Source: Nemertoderma westbladi
Taxonomy: Eukaryota > Animalia > Xenacoelomorpha
Length of the DNA stretch: 63,488 bases
Reading direction: 5' to 3'
Assembly (NCBI GenBank): GCA_032718475.1
Contig: JAUCBJ010000480.1
Span: 1-63,488, forward strand
Positions 60,901-63,488 of this stretch are shown piece by piece. The stretch's first letter is position 1. Every line of letters starts with the position of its first letter. A program made the translations under genes and the position numbers. The notes under the pieces were generated by a model that was not told the origin of the DNA, did no database searches, and was given only the letters and a program-made list of their open reading frames with translations.

Positions 60901-63281
60901 CGACGCTGGGGGAGCTTCCAGTTTGTATAATGTATGACAATGTTACGAGAATGCTTAATAATGCCAAATTATCAGTTGATCAGATTTGTTCACTTGATCA
61001 AACATTATTCATTTCCAAGTCGATATATAATGCAACTTTCACCAATCTAAATAGATTGAGCCCATCAGAATTTGATGTAATGTTGGAGGACTGTATTCCA
61101 TTATATGTTGGCCTGAAAATTATATTTGTTGATAATGTCAGTGTCCAAAGGCGCATAGCCAATGGTACCCAAGGAACTGTGATACACATCGTTTTTAATG
61201 AAAGTGATGCTGCTGCTGTGTTGAATGGTGAACATCCCCAACCAGACCATGTCATTGTTGACATTCCAGATTTCAATGAGGAGGGTATATCTGATTGCGA
61301 GTTTCCTTTAAATCCTACATTTGTCCGAATATTCCCAATATCTGCAAGACTCACAGGTAAAAAGAGACGGCGATTTGCAGAAAGAATAAGTCGAACGCAG
61401 TTCCCCTTTGTGCCACTTCACGCAATCACAGTACACAAATGCCAAGGAAAAGAATACCGTGAGAAACCAGTTTATGTTAATCTAAATGCAGATAAATTAG
61501 TACAAACAAACATATCACTGTTGAGCCAACTTGTTCAGGTAGCATTTACTCGTGCCGATAGCTGCCGTAACCTCTTTGCGGAGCCATTCTCTCTGGAGAC
61601 ATTTTTGAAGTTGAGTAATTCTAAAATGGACATTAAACGTCGTGCTGAGGAATCTGTTTTATCAGTTAATAGTGATAAGTTCATTGTAACGTTTGGAATT
61701 GATAATATTATTGAAAGGTTTGGAATTTATGTTAGGTCTACTAACGCAATTAGTCCTGGTAGTAGTTCCTACACAATCCGTTCCATTGGTATTGATCCTG
61801 GTGTCGTAAATATGGCAATAGCTGTATGGCATTGTGAACAACGAAAGGCTCCAATGTTGGTCTACTGTGTAAAATGTAAGCTTTCAGAACATGTTGATAA
61901 ATTTACTTCAGAGTCTACACTGATTGAGGTGTTATTACAATCTCATCCTTCACTTTCTGGAATACTTCTTGACAACAAGTCCACAGATAATCCATTCTTG
62001 CCAATATGCAATGAACTCTCAATAGCAGTAGAGCAGTTTCCCGACCATGCAAGTTTGCGTTGGATGACTAAGCGGTTAGTTGATGGTTTGCGAACCTATT
62101 TGGATAATGTATCACCATTCAGTCTTAAAGATTCCTCATTGAGAGTATTCCATAGTTCTGGATTTTTACTACACGCTACCAGAGGTCCATTAGTTTATTT
62201 ACCGAAAATTATCCAGTATTTGGGAATTTCCTTATATGTGCGACGACCGACATATCATGATACTTTTGAAGGTGTTGATGAACAGGAAGCAGCAAGAAGG
62301 CAAGACAGAATACAAAGAAAGAAGCAAACAGCAGTTCTTGCACGGTCATTATTAACGGGACGAACATTACAATATAGTCAAGAGATAACTGTATCAAAAG
62401 AAGTAATTACTTTATTTAAAGATACGGATTTATCAAAGGCAGATGATTATGGTGATGCCATGATACACGGATTATATAGACCTTATTTTCGTAGTGAACA
62501 TTGTACAGATTCAGCGCATATTGTTGAAATTACAAAACGGCAAACACTTTTCATGCTTGGTGTAATACGCATAATAGTTCTCAGTCCAGGTCCGAAGTTC
62601 ACCATAGTTACAGCAATGAAATGGAGACCAAATGCTAAGACTGCAATCGAACGTTTTTTTCTGGTTAATTCTCCATATAACCAATTTGTTGATGACTTAT
62701 CAACTTCTGCTGTAAATTTATCTCAATCAGCGCCTTTGGATCAACGATTGGAAGCTTGGCGCAAAACATTTCCAGATGGCTTCCTTCAACATTCAATGTC
62801 TTGTGAAAAATCCGAACTTTTCGCATTTGAAGAAACAAAATTTGTTCTCTTTCTGTGCCGGAACATTCACCAACATCATGTTTACCAGAGATTTATCCAA
62901 AAAGATATGGTAGAATTATTCTCTAAATCAATACCAGATAATTGCCATTATAAAACATTTAATGGGTTATCAAACATTTGGCGAATGATTGGTGGTACAG
63001 AACCGTACATCCATCAAGCATGGGATGTTTTACCGGAAGTCATTTCGAAAATACATGGATATACTTTAATTGATGAAAAGGTAACCGACTCCTTCCAAGT
63101 TCTTCTCGACAATTCTGATTTTCATTATTTTGAATTTACAGAAAGAGCTGTAAGCGATCTTAAAGATTTTATATCTAATAATTTACAAAAACGTCTAATT
63201 GAATCACTACTTTTCGGCACTTATTATCTAAAGAAACAGAAACACTCGAAACATAAATTGAAGAAAGTTAATTCAAACTAG
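54915..63281 (+). CDS. Helitron-like (Helitron2/Helentron-type) Rep-Pif1 helicase with C-terminal RuvC-like resolvase domain, ~2,790 aa
   Basis: Frame open 54846-63281; ATG at 54915 follows an acceptor-like ttttag, so an upstream exon is possible. N-terminal CxxC..H zinc finger and 17-aa repeats. Rep motifs GFPNVFITF, VEW...QHWH (HUH, 58236) and YTLKYVSK (58887). Pif1 motifs GPGGSGKT (60246), IVDEISM, VGDMGQLPPV, NGTQG, RTQFP..AITVHKCQG, VAFTRA. C-terminal GIDPG..E..DDYGD. Confidence 0.92.
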   Translation: MCDTCQRPFNSGRGLKTHQVRSKLCKIHSLRIEAREKMQKRRFDPAVKSTERLSKSTKRLDPEVRSAERLSKRTKRLDPEVRSAERLSKRTKRLDPAVRLANRESMRKKRLDPEVRSSERLSKRTQRLDPEVRSAERLSKHTKRLDPEVRSAERLSKRTKRLDPEVRSVERLSKRTKRLDPAVRLANRESMRKKRLDPEVRSSERLSKRTQRLDPEVRLAERLSKHTKRLDPEVRSSERLSKRTQRLDPEVRLAERLSKRTKRLDPAVRLANRESMRKKRLDPEVRSSERLSKRTQRLDPEVRLAERLSKHTKRLDPEVRSAERLSKHTKRLDPEVRSAERLSKRTKRLDPEVRSAERLSKRTKRLDPEVRSAERLSKRTKRLDPEVRSAERLSKRTKRLDPAVRLANRESMRKKRLDPVVRSAERIKAYYARVRFRQPNASPLVQCQKDGISSASASISDCSVSNKVKKKNIAGSSLIPSPASWTDRMKFSEKCQFFCKLEGEVNKLKNSLNNWGIPRDDEIINIQLQNVDPNENECGVFEDVILPEAQQQSNQMQIPLWPWDQRPRDHTKFLNDAEQKEVDKIRSQDSRYVQYVMRKAVEDWSTGWKLKHCTTCCEIYLELNYDSSKFKECKRCQANSRRARSKKTSSVRDIALSTTEPAATFQANVGKLPLCTPAERCLIAKQQAFTSIMFNYNRRQVFGSHCLVVGHKIRNTLNHVLPHLEHSCDVLIMSERMDGSSFRKLPVRSDVVKSWTTHLLNNREGYKDIFTINHDLLETLSVQCTDDIVNTIDVAPAAVRAVQDDMYAQSDASQHSMYRLNESLGGYLQTSVRQAMESELVGSPIKINLRNMWDGKLSSFHWKLEEQFPDLHSDGQHSLTSIMYREDDDGHVKFAGINVHKQALAHQLRYAVFGNDGKLRWPYAEDPVYAFVAYDQMHLAYSLDSIQFYLNTQNELDEVNVKTLLDKFKMGNPETVAPMLIAHLRRYPHSAQRWKHMRQELYSVCTNSGFPNVFITFNNNLRTDYGVRRLVFLSEYGLDAVFQHSWFEINRKVWDKLLDKHAAIIEQYLRLKMEIMTNAFFRKVCSINSRDSWHWGRVEWGPTRAVQHWHFLARLPHIFELILLAHLIHRMRTVRKYWLQGRMTEEFRSEAIHIVNTGYLAERYMTEVYDSLIQTDFCDDNGDLIDLYKLLKDWNELPDDTKYTPQNHPLMRDTVNTLEHCNSENKESALLAAIVQMHNCYPETCGGNVKGDGCRHGGIKPRRDITRVGFAKTTESMLFTECHVLTKRRHKSFTRLNNVNRILQLYWRANSDLTVISCPFALLRYTLKYVSKCTSMLSCVDDAVVKLMEVVESEPDISIQSVVKRLTIAHVFNPKDMSRRELMFHALGLSDVIKCMPRIVPLKCSSGAPILCQITPSVNNPSEDVATNEEDEPIVNVEQADTNEITNFQVKKLFILPPKSSVTAYVKRCSDDWPGGLIPSDKITYFEFLSLVDFKPHTEQSKFTYKGIKDTRIPHFIPHLITGRPESLLFDDSLTWNTIDNHFKNLLQNVRLECIAFIPFSGNVSDYFISENLQQQISNGEKDIILIYKAFHNKWMELLHHRSINGTFDDPCFRFRVFQNTYGCEMDHKKAMYKIRSELNCIPIEEPDGTGETIDIVDEPLIDLNVESLSIDCILSDAFDFDAYMDPYRILSSAIEELDDRNADSFLTINLQSPLYSQIQQKWKLLCKSSKTFKGGPKIPINFNDLPKLDDTQQLVVNLMINDTINNKPTPQTIFLHGPGGSGKTEVIKRIYYHLGEKVLLLGISGAAAANLYCATLEGFFGLYNNKTQWDQNTDKVTSRQTLIVKYVQSVDFVIVDEISMCQPGTLALLDSSLRHASGNPDILWGGKKLLLVGDMGQLPPVSSRQLWNAPSQSEVVSPGARIRLRNRQGKAHSLYGHQLYASHMRPNVICLRKVYRSDDELAKLTSRIRNGEQDEIDYRTVFHSINELGNTPSMATLGELPVCIMYDNVTRMLNNAKLSVDQICSLDQTLFISKSIYNATFTNLNRLSPSEFDVMLEDCIPLYVGLKIIFVDNVSVQRRIANGTQGTVIHIVFNESDAAAVLNGEHPQPDHVIVDIPDFNEEGISDCEFPLNPTFVRIFPISARLTGKKRRRFAERISRTQFPFVPLHAITVHKCQGKEYREKPVYVNLNADKLVQTNISLLSQLVQVAFTRADSCRNLFAEPFSLETFLKLSNSKMDIKRRAEESVLSVNSDKFIVTFGIDNIIERFGIYVRSTNAISPGSSSYTIRSIGIDPGVVNMAIAVWHCEQRKAPMLVYCVKCKLSEHVDKFTSESTLIEVLLQSHPSLSGILLDNKSTDNPFLPICNELSIAVEQFPDHASLRWMTKRLVDGLRTYLDNVSPFSLKDSSLRVFHSSGFLLHATRGPLVYLPKIIQYLGISLYVRRPTYHDTFEGVDEQEAARRQDRIQRKKQTAVLARSLLTGRTLQYSQEITVSKEVITLFKDTDLSKADDYGDAMIHGLYRPYFRSEHCTDSAHIVEITKRQTLFMLGVIRIIVLSPGPKFTIVTAMKWRPNAKTAIERFFLVNSPYNQFVDDLSTSAVNLSQSAPLDQRLEAWRKTFPDGFLQHSMSCEKSELFAFEETKFVLFLCRNIHQHHVYQRFIQKDMVELFSKSIPDNCHYKTFNGLSNIWRMIGGTEPYIHQAWDVLPEVISKIHGYTLIDEKVTDSFQVLLDNSDFHYFEFTERAVSDLKDFISNNLQKRLIESLLFGTYYLKKQKHSKHKLKKVNSN
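55035..56195 (+). repeat. Coding 51-bp tandem repeat (KRLDPEVRSAERLSKRT, ~22 copies) in the Helitron ORF
   Basis: In-frame 17-aa units with a periodic AVRLANRESMRK variant. Confidence 0.95.
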
Positions 63282-63488
63282 ACGGCATATTCATCAATGT
63301 AAACTCAAATATTATCGTGATGGCTGAATCCCGTCTTGTTGTCTTGACTTCCGAACACGAAAATGTAGTTAATCTAAAATCTCGAATCACCATTCGGCAC
63401 CACAGCCTTCTAGGGTTGTTCATACTACTCTTTGGCATTGCAATGCCAAATCACTGCTGCTGTACCATACGTGCCACCCGGAGACACA

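Noticed and set aside
61776-62480. Fanzor/TnpB RNA-guided nuclease (GIDPG motif; Fanzors are known Helitron cargo)
   Set aside because: No zinc ribbon or RDxNA-type RuvC-III motif, and the last motif is KxDDxxD of resolvase type. Still worth excluding by profile search.
63320-63488. Open + frame from ATG 63320 running off the window end
   Set aside because: Only 56 codons visible with no recognisable motif; cannot be distinguished from chance.

Overview
Eukaryotic, animal-like and repeat-dense genomic DNA; no prokaryotic operon structure and no CRISPR array. The only host gene is the 5' part of ZSWIM8 (EBAX-1/Dora) on the + strand, seen as six phase-consistent GT-AG exons (218-333, 11716-11964, 16631-16796, 21980-22097, 22529-22734, 26451-26652). 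The next expected exon was not found, so the rest of the window probably lies in one very large intron. The introns contain an intact, very young BEL/Pao LTR retrotransposon, several LINE fragments, an intact TTAA-flanked Kolobok-type DNA transposon, MITEs, SINEs, satellites, a head-to-tail cluster of four Helentron-type non-autonomous elements, and an uninterrupted ~2,800-aa Helitron-like Rep/Pif1 ORF. Four observations stand out. (1) The Rep-helicase ends in a RuvC-fold domain with poxvirus A22/Ydc2-type Holliday-junction-resolvase motifs, where Helentrons normally carry an APE endonuclease. (2) A foldback element contains a tRNA-derived Pol III head fused to a minimal type I hammerhead ribozyme, and its inverted arm starts at the predicted cleavage site. 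(3) A ~100-copy satellite has as its unit the ZSWIM8 exon end plus 5' splice site. (4) The rolling-circle elements have termini that differ in sequence but keep the same pairing. All family assignments come from motif recognition by eye; no database searches were run.
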